Source: an uncultured Candidatus Woesearchaeota archaeon
GTDB taxonomy: Archaea > Nanobdellota > Nanobdellia > Woesearchaeales > B29-G15
Assembly: GCA_903915225.1 (NCBI GenBank)
Contig: CAIWSB010000055.1
Location: 6,847-70,846, forward strand
Direction: 5' to 3'
Length of the DNA stretch: 64,000 nt
Part shown: positions 48,248 to 58,054 of the stretch, piece by piece
Numbering within the stretch: position 1 is the stretch's first letter
Layout: each line of letters opens with the position of its first letter
Translations under genes and position numbers: made by a program
The notes under the pieces: generated by a model
Told to the model about the DNA's origin: nothing
What the model saw: the letters and a program-made list of their open reading frames with translations, nothing else
Databases searched by the model: none

Positions 48248-49099
48248 ATGGGCACAAAAACCCCTTCAAAAAAAGTGCTGGCAATCATAGCTGCAGCTGG
48301 GCTTGGATTCCTTACTGCTTGCTCCATCAATTCTGGAAAAAACCTTCCGCACCTGGGTATTGCCAAGCCCGCAACGCTGGAGGAGATTGCAGAGGCCAAA
48401 CCAGAAAAGACACAGTTGTACATGTACGATAACGATACCCTAGTAATCAACTTTGGGCATAATTATGCCCAGCAGAATGCGACATTCGGCAGGATTGGAA
48501 CACTTTGTGAGGGCTATGGCGTTGAACGCAACGTGCTGCCCAAAGAGGCATCTGCCATAGGCGCAAGAGCTGTCGGGCATGACTATACCAGCACAGAGCT
48601 GGCGTTATTCTACAACCTTGCCCGAGGGCAAAGCCTGAACAGGTCAGAGAGGCAGCTACGCGAACTGGTAATTGAGAACGGGCTAATTGCTGATGTTAAT
48701 GGCACATACGAGCCGGTGCAGACTGAGAGCTGCATAATCTCCTTTATCCATAACTCGCAGTGGCGCGACATACTTGCCCATGAGCTCAGCCATGCCGAGT
48801 ACTTCACAAACGACACGTACAGGGAATATTGCAATAATTTCTGGAACGAGGTCATGACACCAGATGACAGAAAGGGATTCACTAATTTTCTGCGCTGGGA
48901 TTACTATGACATCACGAACACAGACCTGACAATCAACGAGACTCAGGCGTACCTGGCAAACACATGTGACATGTACAGCTCAAGCTTATTTAACATGCCA
49001 GAGGGGAGGGCAGATGAGCTGAGAGCCCAATTCATAAAGGACAGCCCTGTGCCGAGCTTCTGCGAGACTCTTGACAGCAAAATAAATGGTGAGCAATAA
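48248..49099 (+). CDS. zincin-like lipoprotein, GHD family copy 1
   Basis: FLTAC lipobox-like sequence, GHDY, AHELSH, NETQAY. Confidence 0.8.
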   Translation: MGTKTPSKKVLAIIAAAGLGFLTACSINSGKNLPHLGIAKPATLEEIAEAKPEKTQLYMYDNDTLVINFGHNYAQQNATFGRIGTLCEGYGVERNVLPKEASAIGARAVGHDYTSTELALFYNLARGQSLNRSERQLRELVIENGLIADVNGTYEPVQTESCIISFIHNSQWRDILAHELSHAEYFTNDTYREYCNNFWNEVMTPDDRKGFTNFLRWDYYDITNTDLTINETQAYLANTCDMYSSSLFNMPEGRADELRAQFIKDSPVPSFCETLDSKINGEQ

Positions 49100-49100
49100 G

Positions 49101-49892
49101 ATGAGCCTATTTACCAGTTCAAGACAATCACTCCCTAGTTTGGGTATTGCAAGACCAGCTTCATTAGAGGAAATAGTAGGAGATAACCCGAAACAGACTG
49201 AGGTTTACATGCATGGCGGTAACACGCTGGTCATCAACTTTGCAGGGGATTACGCCCAGCAGAGTCAAACATTCGGGAGGATCTGCACCCTTTTTTACTG
49301 CCCTGGCGCCAAAAGGGATGAATTTCCGAAACAAGTTTCGACTTTAGGGGCAACCGCAATTGGGCATGACTTCACTGCCTCAGAGCTGGCGCTGTTCTAC
49401 AATCTGGCGCGGGGACAAAATCTCAATAAGTCAGAGAATCAGCTTCGCGAGCTTCTGCTTAAGAATGGAATTATTGCGGAAAGCAAAGAGGGTTATATGC
49501 CGACTAATAAGTGTGTAATCTCATATGTGCAGGACTCATCCGAGCCTGAAGAGTGGCGGGATATCTTTGCACATGAGCTAGGCCACGCAGAGTATTTCAC
49601 CAATCCAGCTTACAGGGATTACTGCAACAGGTTCTGGGATGAGGTAATGACACCTGATGACCGGATGGGATTAACAGAGTTTTTGAGATTACATGATTAT
49701 GACATCCAAAACACAGATACGAAAATCAATGAGGCGCAGGCATACCTAGCCCACATGAGATATGCTAGCTCAAGATACAGGGGCTTCCTGCCGAAGAAGC
49801 GCGCAGATGAGCTGAGGGCGAAATTCCTTGAAGGCAGCCCTGTGCCAAGTTTCGCTGATACTATCCACAGCCTATCCAACGGTGAGCAGTAA
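49101..49892 (+). CDS. zincin-like protein, GHD family copy 2
   Basis: GHDF, AHELGH, NEAQAY; GGTGAG RBS. Confidence 0.8.
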   Translation: MSLFTSSRQSLPSLGIARPASLEEIVGDNPKQTEVYMHGGNTLVINFAGDYAQQSQTFGRICTLFYCPGAKRDEFPKQVSTLGATAIGHDFTASELALFYNLARGQNLNKSENQLRELLLKNGIIAESKEGYMPTNKCVISYVQDSSEPEEWRDIFAHELGHAEYFTNPAYRDYCNRFWDEVMTPDDRMGLTEFLRLHDYDIQNTDTKINEAQAYLAHMRYASSRYRGFLPKKRADELRAKFLEGSPVPSFADTIHSLSNGEQ

Positions 49893-49893
49893 G

Positions 49894-50733
49894 ATGGGCT
49901 CACAAGCAGTTGAGCAATTCCTGGCATATTTCCGAAGCAAAACAGAAAGGGTTTCTTGGGGCAAGAGTGGACCTCTCCCGGGATTAGGGGTTGCTCAGCA
50001 GGCCTCATTAGATGAGATTTTAAAATCCAGTCCTGATAAAACAGAGCTGCTCAGGTATGGGGATGCAATATACGTGCTCCACTTCTCAAAAGAGCAGGAG
50101 GAGCATGCCCTGGCCTTTGGCAGGCCATCTGCTTCCATGACCGGATTTTATAGGGGAAATGACGAGTTTCCAGAAGAGCCTTTATTCGCTGCCTTTTACA
50201 TGTCCGGGCTCACAATAAGCTCATCACCCTTGGCCAGGTTTTTCAACGTTGCGAAGGGGAAAAGGCTTTTCCCGCAGGAAGAATGGCTGCTTAACCTGCT
50301 GCTGGAAAACGGGATTATCTGCGAGGGCAAGGGACGCTACGTGCCGCCAAAATCTGAAAAATCAATCGTATCCTTCAATGGAATGGACAGGGCATCTGAT
50401 TCCTGGAGAGGCATCCACGCACACGAGCTCAGCCACGGGTTGTACTTGACTAACAAGGCCTACAGGGATTACTGCGAGAATTTCTGGGACAAGGTAATGA
50501 CAAGTGACGACAGGGATAAGTTCACTTATTTCCTTGTAAGCCAGGGTTACAGCCAAAGGAGAGAGATTGTGATTGATGAGTTCCAGGCTTATTTTGTCAA
50601 CTCAAGGTTTGCCAAGGAACACATCCTGCACTTATTTTCAGAACAGCGTTATGAGGAATTGAGGGCAGCTTTCATTAAGGACAGCCCCGCCCCATGTTTC
50701 GCTGACCTCATTGACCGTGCGGTAAGCAAATAG
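49894..50733 (+). CDS. zincin-like protein, GHD family copy 3
   Basis: AHELSH, DEFQAY; the GHD motif itself is absent. Confidence 0.8.
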   Translation: MGSQAVEQFLAYFRSKTERVSWGKSGPLPGLGVAQQASLDEILKSSPDKTELLRYGDAIYVLHFSKEQEEHALAFGRPSASMTGFYRGNDEFPEEPLFAAFYMSGLTISSSPLARFFNVAKGKRLFPQEEWLLNLLLENGIICEGKGRYVPPKSEKSIVSFNGMDRASDSWRGIHAHELSHGLYLTNKAYRDYCENFWDKVMTSDDRDKFTYFLVSQGYSQRREIVIDEFQAYFVNSRFAKEHILHLFSEQRYEELRAAFIKDSPAPCFADLIDRAVSK

Positions 50734-50769
50734 AAACATTTAAATCGCACTCCACAAAAAGCATAACAC

Positions 50770-51801
50770 ATGGCCCTTTCATTCAAAGAGCAGAAAATTC
50801 TCAAGTCAATTGTGGTTGCATCCGAGAATGACCCTCTAAAGCCGGAATTCCCGCCTAACAAACCAAAATTCCCAGCAACCCCTACATACCAAATCCGCGT
50901 TCCAAACTTCTCAAACGTCTGGCTAAAGGATGAGAGCTTCAACCTGACGGGCACGCATAAGGACAGGATGGCCTGGGAAATAATCGTAACCTACAGGGAT
51001 TTCCTCCTGGCAAAGCAGCGCGGCCAGGTCTCTGGGCAGCTCCAGCCTATGTCAATCATCTCATCTGGCTCAGCTGCTGTGGCAATCCAGACAATGCTGA
51101 GGAAATACCACCTTCCAAACCTAAAAGTGCTGGTAGACGTGGAAATCAACCCGGAGATAATCAAGGCCCTGAAAGCGCTGGGGTGCGAAATTTTCGAGAC
51201 CGACCTCAGCAAGAGGCCGTTTTACTGGAAGGACATACTCGCACTAACCAACAACCCGAACGGGTTTGACATAACCTCAAGTGAGGCGCTGGACCCCACG
51301 ACAAGATTCTATGACTGGCTCAGCTATGAGATTATCAACAATTCACCTGAATACTGCTTCATCCCATTCGGAACTGGTAACCTATATGAGAACCTCCTGA
51401 ACACAAACAAGCGCGAGGTCTCAACTGCAAACCACGATCCTAGATTCAGCGGGGATGTGAATGTGCTGAGGCGATGCAATTTCCTCGGCGTAACAACAAA
51501 CAACCCCAGGTCAAAGGCGGAAAAGCTTTACTCGCCCCACCTCCCTTTTGTGCACTATGACGAGCAATGGATAAGGTTATACCGCTCTGCAGGCTACTGT
51601 GGCTCTGAGTCAAACGTTTACCTGCTGCAGGAGCAGCTCCTAGAGGAGGCAATGGCAATTGCCAGGGCGCTGAAAATCAACTGCGAGCCATCTGGTATTG
51701 CGGGGCTTGCGCTGCTCCTCCAGATGAGGGAGATTATCCCAAAGAATAAGAAGATACTCATCATAAATACCGGAAAGACAAAGTATGTGAGGGGGGAATA
51801 A
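50770..51801 (+). CDS. fold-type II PLP-dependent enzyme (threonine synthase/dehydratase-like)
   Basis: LKDESFNLTGTHKDR, SSGSAA, PFGTGN, CEPSG, INTG. Confidence 0.85.
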   Translation: MALSFKEQKILKSIVVASENDPLKPEFPPNKPKFPATPTYQIRVPNFSNVWLKDESFNLTGTHKDRMAWEIIVTYRDFLLAKQRGQVSGQLQPMSIISSGSAAVAIQTMLRKYHLPNLKVLVDVEINPEIIKALKALGCEIFETDLSKRPFYWKDILALTNNPNGFDITSSEALDPTTRFYDWLSYEIINNSPEYCFIPFGTGNLYENLLNTNKREVSTANHDPRFSGDVNVLRRCNFLGVTTNNPRSKAEKLYSPHLPFVHYDEQWIRLYRSAGYCGSESNVYLLQEQLLEEAMAIARALKINCEPSGIAGLALLLQMREIIPKNKKILIINTGKTKYVRGE

Positions 51802-51802
51802 C

Positions 51803-52363
51803 ATGAACGAAACCATCAAGACAATACTTAACAGGAGAAGCATACGCACATTCCTGCCTGATCAAATCAAGGAGAGCGAACTTAAGGAAATAATTGGCTC
51901 AGGGCTCTACGCGCCGAGCGCAATGAACCTGCAGCCATGGCACTTCACAGTTGTCCAGAACAGTGAACTGATTGAGAGGCTGAATGAGGATATAAAACTC
52001 TCACTTCAAGGCTCAGGGAATAAATACCTTGAGGCCATGGTGAAGAGAGAGGGCTACCATATATTCCACCACGCACCAACTGTAATAATCGTTTCGGGCA
52101 CTGACAAGTCCAATTTCTACCAGACAGACTGCGCAGCTGCTACTGAGAATATGCTTCTGGCAGCAGAGTCACTCGGCATAGGCGCCTGCTGGATTGGGCT
52201 TGCCGCATTCCTGTTCGGCAGCCAGGATTCGCAGAAATACATCAAAGAGATGAAAATCCCAGCTGGCTTCAAGCCCCTCTATGCAATAGCCCTGGGCTAC
52301 AAAAAGGATAATGTAGCGAAGCCCCCCCAGAGGAGGGAGGGCACTGTGGACTACATAAAATAA
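51803..52363 (+). CDS. nitroreductase family protein
   Basis: RRSIR, APSAMNLQPW, GIGACWIG. Confidence 0.93.
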   Translation: MNETIKTILNRRSIRTFLPDQIKESELKEIIGSGLYAPSAMNLQPWHFTVVQNSELIERLNEDIKLSLQGSGNKYLEAMVKREGYHIFHHAPTVIIVSGTDKSNFYQTDCAAATENMLLAAESLGIGACWIGLAAFLFGSQDSQKYIKEMKIPAGFKPLYAIALGYKKDNVAKPPQRREGTVDYIK

Positions 52364-53071
52364 TTAATTCCCGTAAATTGCCTTTATGTCAGCAGCTACA
52401 GCTGTCTGCTCGTAGAGATCGAGTGTTTTGTCAACTGTGACTTTCCCTATATCGAACAGCAAGGTCGCCAGTCCACCATCTTCGAATCCTGCGAGTGTGG
52501 ACAATCGAGTAATCGCACCCATTAGGCAAGTAACACTCTCACCTAGTTCCCTTAGTGACCTCACAAGATCTTCGGGTTTTTGATATTCAGCACGGACTGC
52601 AGCCCTGATGACCTGGGCATCAATTGAGCTTATCCCGCCCTCTTGTGCTCTGCTCACCAGTGCATTAACAATGTTATCCCTTCTCTGCACATAATCAATT
52701 ATCTTCCTATATTGCTGCAATATATCAGAGGGCAATTCTTTGCCGGTCATACTTAAGGTCATATTCAAAGTTTCGTACTCGCCTTCAAAAAACTTCACTC
52801 CTCGCATCCATTCCTCCGCAACTTGCTGGGAGAGTTTGTCAACAGATAGCTCATTACCCATCCTCTCCTTGAAACGGCCGCTCATCTCCTCAGCAGTATC
52901 CGCATCAGCATCCTCTGATTGAACAAGTTCATCAAATTTTGTATCAATAAATTCAACTATTGCCTGCTTTGCTGCTGCAATGCTCCCCGGGTTGGAACTG
53001 TAAGCTTCCCTAGCCCTGAGTGCAAAGTCATTTGCAATTGCGATCCTTACCTTCTGTTCTATCGAATCCAT
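52364..53071 (-). CDS. hypothetical helical protein, NDFA family copy 3
   Basis: NDFA, QRRDNIVN, IRAAVRAE. Confidence 0.85.
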   Translation of the reverse strand: MDSIEQKVRIAIANDFALRAREAYSSNPGSIAAAKQAIVEFIDTKFDELVQSEDADADTAEEMSGRFKERMGNELSVDKLSQQVAEEWMRGVKFFEGEYETLNMTLSMTGKELPSDILQQYRKIIDYVQRRDNIVNALVSRAQEGGISSIDAQVIRAAVRAEYQKPEDLVRSLRELGESVTCLMGAITRLSTLAGFEDGGLATLLFDIGKVTVDKTLDLYEQTAVAADIKAIYGN

Positions 53072-53102
53072 TTTAATACCCTCCTTGAATTATTATGTTA
53101 AT

Positions 53103-53804
53103 CTACTGCTTGTATATTGCCTCTACGTCTGCCTTTACAACAGCCTGCTCGAAGGCAGCTGACTTTTCATACATGAATCTCGTTGTCCTCTGCATTAACC
53201 CTTCCAACAACGCAGCCTCATCATCGCCATTGCTTGTGTCCATGAGTGAGCAGTTCAGCTCAAGCACAGTGTCAAGGAATGCCTTCTGCGATTCCACATA
53301 ATCCTCAGCTGTCTTGAACTCTGCCCTTACAGCAGCCCTGATGGACTCAGGAGTTATTGCTTGAATCCCGGCCTCTTCTGCCTTCTTAACCAGGGCATTG
53401 ACAATATTGTCACGCCTTTGGACATAACCAATTACAATCTCGTATTGCGCATCATAATCCTCGGGCAGATCCCTGAAAGAGAACACAGCGCCAAACTTGG
53501 CCTCAAAAAAATCATTAGCATAGGAATTTGCATCATCGCCCCATAAATCTTCAATCTTCTCAGTAAGAATTTCTGCTGAGAAATCCTCAATCATATTGTC
53601 TTCAAATTCTTCCCTTAACTCATCTGCAGCAATCTCATCAGCATCCCCTGTCTCAACCAACATTTCTAATTGGTCGTCAAAAAATTCACACACGGCATCC
53701 CGGGCTGCTGCAATATTCCCATCATTGGCCCTGAAAACATCCCTTGCCCTATTAGCGAAATCATTAGCAACTGCCTTCCGAACCTGCTCTTCTATTGTTT
53801 CCAT
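53103..53804 (-). CDS. hypothetical helical protein, NDFA family copy 2 (very acidic)
   Basis: Same motifs; ends ADVEAIYKQ. Confidence 0.85.
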   Translation of the reverse strand: METIEEQVRKAVANDFANRARDVFRANDGNIAAARDAVCEFFDDQLEMLVETGDADEIAADELREEFEDNMIEDFSAEILTEKIEDLWGDDANSYANDFFEAKFGAVFSFRDLPEDYDAQYEIVIGYVQRRDNIVNALVKKAEEAGIQAITPESIRAAVRAEFKTAEDYVESQKAFLDTVLELNCSLMDTSNGDDEAALLEGLMQRTTRFMYEKSAAFEQAVVKADVEAIYKQ

Positions 53805-53825
53805 TTTAGTAGCCTCCGAATTGAC

Positions 53826-54524
53826 CTATTGCTTGTAAATTGCCTCTACATCTGCCTTCAGGACAGTCTTCTCGGCCATTTCTCTTGCCTCAGCTTCAGT
53901 CTTCCTGTTGAGGTCTGAGTGAAAAACTTCCATCCTATCAACACCCAACTTGGCGATGATGCAGAACAGCTCAGATTCTATCTTGCCAAGGCTTGTTTCT
54001 GATTGTATGTATTCTTCTGGGGTTGCGTATTCAGCCCTCACAGCTGCCCGTATGTTTTCGACGCTGGTTGCGGACTCTATACCATCAGCCTTGGCCTTTT
54101 CCATCAGGGTGTTGACAACATTGTCCCTTTTCTGGAAATAAGCCACCAGGGCATCGTATTGCTTTTCCAAATCTCCAGGAAGCTCATATTCCAATTCCTC
54201 TGCCACTTCTATTATCCTTTTGAACTTTTGCAGTTCACGGCGGCTACTTCCCATCCAAGACATGGCAACACGCTGGGTGAGGGATTCTATTGAGAGGTTT
54301 TCTCGTTCTGCTTTCGAAATCCTCTCCTTTAAGCTGGAGGCCTCTAATTCACTCAAATGCCCTGACTCAACCAGCTTGCTAAGCTCTGTGCCCAAATATT
54401 CCTGTTCAGCTGCCAAAACAGCTGCGATTTCAGCCGGGTGGGCGCCATAAACCACCTTAGCTCTATTGGCAAAATCATTACCAATTGCAATTCGAACCTG
54501 CTTTTCTATTGAATCCATTTTCAT
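53826..54524 (-). CDS. hypothetical helical protein, NDFA family copy 1
   Basis: Same motifs; ends ADVEAIYKQ. Confidence 0.85.
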   Translation of the reverse strand: MKMDSIEKQVRIAIGNDFANRAKVVYGAHPAEIAAVLAAEQEYLGTELSKLVESGHLSELEASSLKERISKAERENLSIESLTQRVAMSWMGSSRRELQKFKRIIEVAEELEYELPGDLEKQYDALVAYFQKRDNVVNTLMEKAKADGIESATSVENIRAAVRAEYATPEEYIQSETSLGKIESELFCIIAKLGVDRMEVFHSDLNRKTEAEAREMAEKTVLKADVEAIYKQ

Positions 54525-54527
54525 CCC

Positions 54528-54881
54528 TCATCTAAAGTTGATTGTATAACCATGCACCTTAAGCTCCCTAAGCTCAATCCCCACATTACTAGGAAGCCCT
54601 GAAAATGTGACATAATCGTTGTCACCGTCTGCAATTTCCGCCTGTAGAAGAGCTGCTGCAATTGTTATTTGAATATTGTACGAATAGACAACATATCCCA
54701 ATACTTGCTTGCCATCAACATTTAAAACAACGGCCAAGTTAGCATCGCTCATGTTATTATGACTCAAAACTGCACTCAAAGGAGCGCCAGTCTGCGTCAC
54801 AAAGCCGCGGGAATCAGGCTGAGGCCAATTCCTGCACTTTTCCTCAAGTGAGATATCATCAATTAATCTTGCCTTTGGCAT
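54528..54881 (-). CDS. hypothetical protein, VHG family copy 3
   Basis: LGYV, ALLQxEI, VHGYxINF. Confidence 0.8.
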   Translation of the reverse strand: MPKARLIDDISLEEKCRNWPQPDSRGFVTQTGAPLSAVLSHNNMSDANLAVVLNVDGKQVLGYVVYSYNIQITIAAALLQAEIADGDNDYVTFSGLPSNVGIELRELKVHGYTINFR

Positions 54882-54890
54882 TTTAACCCC

Positions 54891-55238
54891 TCATCTAAAA
54901 TTGATTTTATAACCATGCACGTAAAGCTCCTTGATGACAAGCCCATCTTCCTTTGGGATTCCAGCCCATGTAACCATATCAGCATCACCGTCAACAATCT
55001 CCGACTGGAGCAATGCCTGGGCCTGTGTACCGGTGAGATAACCTGTGTTCACGACGTAACCCAAAAAAGGCTGGCCTTCAACCATGAGAACAGCGGCCAG
55101 GGTGAGGTACGTCTCCCCTGTCACAGCGACACTCAACGGAACGCCTGTCTGCGTCACATAGCCACGGGAATCCCTTTGCGGCCAAATAATTACCCTGTCC
55201 TCCAGATGAACCCCATACAATGGTTTCTCTTTAGGCAT
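54891..55238 (-). CDS. hypothetical protein, VHG family copy 2
   Basis: Same motifs. Confidence 0.8.
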   Translation of the reverse strand: MPKEKPLYGVHLEDRVIIWPQRDSRGYVTQTGVPLSVAVTGETYLTLAAVLMVEGQPFLGYVVNTGYLTGTQAQALLQSEIVDGDADMVTWAGIPKEDGLVIKELYVHGYKINFR

Positions 55239-55249
55239 TTTGATTTCCT

Positions 55250-55648
55250 CTAAAATTTGATTGTGTGGCCGTGGACATATATCTCCTTAATCTGAAGGCC
55301 ATCTGAATTCAGGATTCCAGTCAATGTGATTGGGTCCTTTTGCCCAAATTTATCAACGTCATTCATCTCTCCTTGGATAAGGGCCGAGGCTTCAACGACT
55401 CTACTTCTAAAATCGCAATTTCTGACATAACCCAACTGCGGCTGTCCCTGATCATTTTCAAATGCCACACCAAGGTAAGCCCCGTAGCTATATATTCCAG
55501 CCTCAACACCAAGAGGCACAACATCCCTTGTGACCAAGGTTACACCTTTTTCTGGGGCATCTACCTTATTATATGCCGAGCACCCACCTAGGAGAGTGGC
55601 ACCTGCTAGCAAACCAGCAACAATTAATGGCAATGTTTTTCGCTTCAT
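55250..55648 (-). CDS. putative lipoprotein, VHG family copy 1
   Basis: LLGGC lipobox; LGYV, ALIQGEM, VHGHTIKF. Confidence 0.8.
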   Translation of the reverse strand: MKRKTLPLIVAGLLAGATLLGGCSAYNKVDAPEKGVTLVTRDVVPLGVEAGIYSYGAYLGVAFENDQGQPQLGYVRNCDFRSRVVEASALIQGEMNDVDKFGQKDPITLTGILNSDGLQIKEIYVHGHTIKF

Positions 55649-55731
55649 TTTCAGTCTCCTCCTTTAATTAGCATCAGTGGACAAATTACATGCCCAATGG
55701 ACGTTGGAAACAGTGGAGATTTAAAAAGCTT

Positions 55732-55751
55732 TTGCTACTATACAGTAATAA
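55732..55751. promoter_or_regulatory. 8-4-8 palindrome, site 13, at the BRE position
   Basis: TTGCTACT-ATAC-AGTAATAA, only ~6 bp from TTTTTAAA. Confidence 0.65.
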
Positions 55752-55752
55752 T

Positions 55753-56145
55753 TTATTTCTTATCCACAACCCACTTTCCGACCAATACGTCCTCCATTTT
55801 CCTCTTTGTCTCCTTGTCATAATTAGCAAGGAGTGGGTCAACAATCCTAGAGCCTGAGGTAACCATATATGGAATGCCAGCGAGCCTCAGATAAACTACC
55901 GTGGCATGCCTGACTTGTTGCTCTTCCCCCTTTAGCTCAACTCCGCAGGCGGCTCCATGCTGGGTTGGAGAATAAACCTTCATTGACAGGTCAGGGCAAT
56001 CCTTTTTGACATATTCCATTGCTAATTTGAGCCCCAGAACTAACTTGACTGTCTTTTCAAGTTCCCCTTCATCAATGTCATAATTATAATTTATATTTGA
56101 AAATAAAGTATACAACATTCCCACCTTTGCTTTTTCCATTTTCAT
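55753..56145 (-). CDS. hypothetical protein
   Basis: ATG at 56145 or 56139 after GGGGGA. Confidence 0.65.
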   Translation of the reverse strand: MKMEKAKVGMLYTLFSNINYNYDIDEGELEKTVKLVLGLKLAMEYVKKDCPDLSMKVYSPTQHGAACGVELKGEEQQVRHATVVYLRLAGIPYMVTSGSRIVDPLLANYDKETKRKMEDVLVGKWVVDKK

Positions 56146-56341
56146 TCCCCCATTGTTTTGACCAGTAATACATGTTTTATTCCCCACCGTCTAAGAAAGA
56201 CCAAATTTAGCCTTAAGTACCTATTCAGGCGATATTCCTGCTTTGCCGAACCAGTCAGCTCCCTACCTGAATTTTTATATGCCCCATATTTTCCAGCTTT
56301 TAAACACAATATTTATATCCTAAGCAAATCCTCATTAGAAT

Positions 56342-57016
56342 ATGAAACTAGGTGTCCTGTTCTCAGGCGGCAAGGATTCCTGCTACGCCATGTTTAAGGC
56401 AAAGGAAGAGCATGAGATAGCCTGCCTCCTGTCAGTCGAATCAGAGAACCCTTACAGCTATATGTTCCACACCCCCAACATTGGACTAACAAAGATGCAG
56501 GCAGAGGCAATGGGGATACCCCTGATGACACAAAAAACCCAGGGAGAGAAGGAGATAGAGCTCATGGACCTGAAGGCACTAATCAAAAAGGCAATGCTGA
56601 AGTTCAACATTGAGGGGGTTGTAACAGGGGCAATTGCATCTGTCTATCAGTTCAAAAGAATCCAGAAAGTCTGCTCAGACCTCCAGCTGCAGTGCATTAA
56701 TCCGCTCTGGCAGAAGGACCAGGTGGAGCTATTGAATGAGCTAGTAGAAAACAAATTCGAGACAATAATCACAAAGATCGCAGGGTATCCGTTGGACCAA
56801 AGCTTCCTCGGAAAAAAGATAGACAGCGATATGATAAAACGTTTAGTAGAATACAAGGAGAAATACAAGATAAACCCTTCGGGCGAGGGGGGAGAGATGG
56901 AAACATTTGTAACAAACATGCCCCTTTTCAGGAAGAGGATTGAGATAGTAAAGGCAACCACAAAATTCTCAAATTACGAAGGGGATTACATAATTGAGGA
57001 AGCAAGGCTAGCCTGA
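56342..57016 (+). CDS. dph6: diphthine--ammonia ligase
   Basis: SGGKDS, SYMFH, PLW, GEGGEMET. Confidence 0.92.
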   Translation: MKLGVLFSGGKDSCYAMFKAKEEHEIACLLSVESENPYSYMFHTPNIGLTKMQAEAMGIPLMTQKTQGEKEIELMDLKALIKKAMLKFNIEGVVTGAIASVYQFKRIQKVCSDLQLQCINPLWQKDQVELLNELVENKFETIITKIAGYPLDQSFLGKKIDSDMIKRLVEYKEKYKINPSGEGGEMETFVTNMPLFRKRIEIVKATTKFSNYEGDYIIEEARLA

Positions 57017-57933
57017 TTGCCGCACCCTAACTCTTTCTTCCTCACCTTCTTGGAGAAATAGCACCGGTCATATTCAGCCATATCCTGGAAAGTGGGGTCA
57101 TCAAATAATTTTTGAAGAATCAACTTCACCGCTTCCTCCTTATCTTCTACACCGGCCAGTTCCCGGATATTCATGAACCCATCATGGCAGGCGTAGACAC
57201 AATACTGCAGCTTTCCGTCATAATTCACTTCAATCTCTCTGCTCCTCTCATAATCGAGGCACGTTCGTTTTCCAGGTGCTACATCTTTTTGAGGGAGGTT
57301 TTTTGCCCGGCCCACTGGATTGATCTCATAGAATAGTTCTTCATTAAGTGATCTCGAATAAATAAATGCTGCAATTGCAGCCCACCAAACACCCTTGTGG
57401 GCAGCCAACTTAGTCCTGATAAAGCTATTTGGTCTTGATGGCAAGCCCAGATTTTTAGTACTGATTCCTTGCTCTTCTGCATATTGCCTTATATCCTGTA
57501 TATCCCCCCTGGTAATTGAGTGATATTGTTCTCCAGGCTGGGCAGCATGAACCCAAGCTTTGCTTCTGGCGACTGCCTCAAACAATTCCTTGCGGTTTTT
57601 CGTGTTTCTTGAAGTCAATGCAAATCCGCTAGTCTTTATCTCAAACTGCGAATGTGCTGACAAAGAATCAAGAATTCTAACTATTTCAGGGTGCAACAAG
57701 GCATCGCCTCCGGATAAACCCACAGTATATTCAGGATTATCTTGTCGGAGAATGCCGATAAAATGGAGCATGTCATCAGCATTGACATATCTTGCGTTAG
57801 GAGAATCCTGTGGAACAGCATTCATATAGCAGTGTGCGCAGTGGTCATAGCAGGCATTAGTAGCATGGACAAGTAAAGGGCCTGTCCGGAGTCTTTGCTC
57901 ATAATTTTTTAGTGCACGTTCCAATTTATCCAT
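56986..57933 (-). CDS. radical SAM protein with twitch-like C-terminus
   Basis: CYDHCAHC, SGGD, PVGRA, C...DGKLQYC. Confidence 0.85.
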   Translation of the reverse strand: MDKLERALKNYEQRLRTGPLLVHATNACYDHCAHCYMNAVPQDSPNARYVNADDMLHFIGILRQDNPEYTVGLSGGDALLHPEIVRILDSLSAHSQFEIKTSGFALTSRNTKNRKELFEAVARSKAWVHAAQPGEQYHSITRGDIQDIRQYAEEQGISTKNLGLPSRPNSFIRTKLAAHKGVWWAAIAAFIYSRSLNEELFYEINPVGRAKNLPQKDVAPGKRTCLDYERSREIEVNYDGKLQYCVYACHDGFMNIRELAGVEDKEEAVKLILQKLFDDPTFQDMAEYDRCYFSKKVRKKELGCGNQASLASSIM

Positions 57934-57976
57934 AATCTGGTGGAGGATTTCACAAATTTATAAAGTTTTGGTAATT

Positions 57977-57996
57977 TTACTACTTAATAGTTATAA
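57977..57996. promoter_or_regulatory. 8-4-8 palindrome, site 14
   Basis: TTACTACT-TAAT-AGTTATAA, 14 bp from TTTATAAA. Confidence 0.7.
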
Positions 57997-58054
57997 TACT
58001 TTGTTAAGAAGGTGAACAATAGATTTTTATATTGGATTTTTCACTCTCGGAATA

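Noticed and set aside
3001-56187. Upstream start codons in the ORF track (e.g. 3089, 4581, 6638, 21042, 28361, 29725, 33124, 48104, 49828)
   Set aside because: They run into neighbouring genes or promoters; downstream ATGs fit RBS/TATA positions and paralog alignments better.
56223-56272. ATTCAGG...CCTGAAT region with GGCGAT, considered as a fluoride riboswitch
   Set aside because: Lacks the GATGG and CTGATG consensus elements and has no crcB-type gene downstream.
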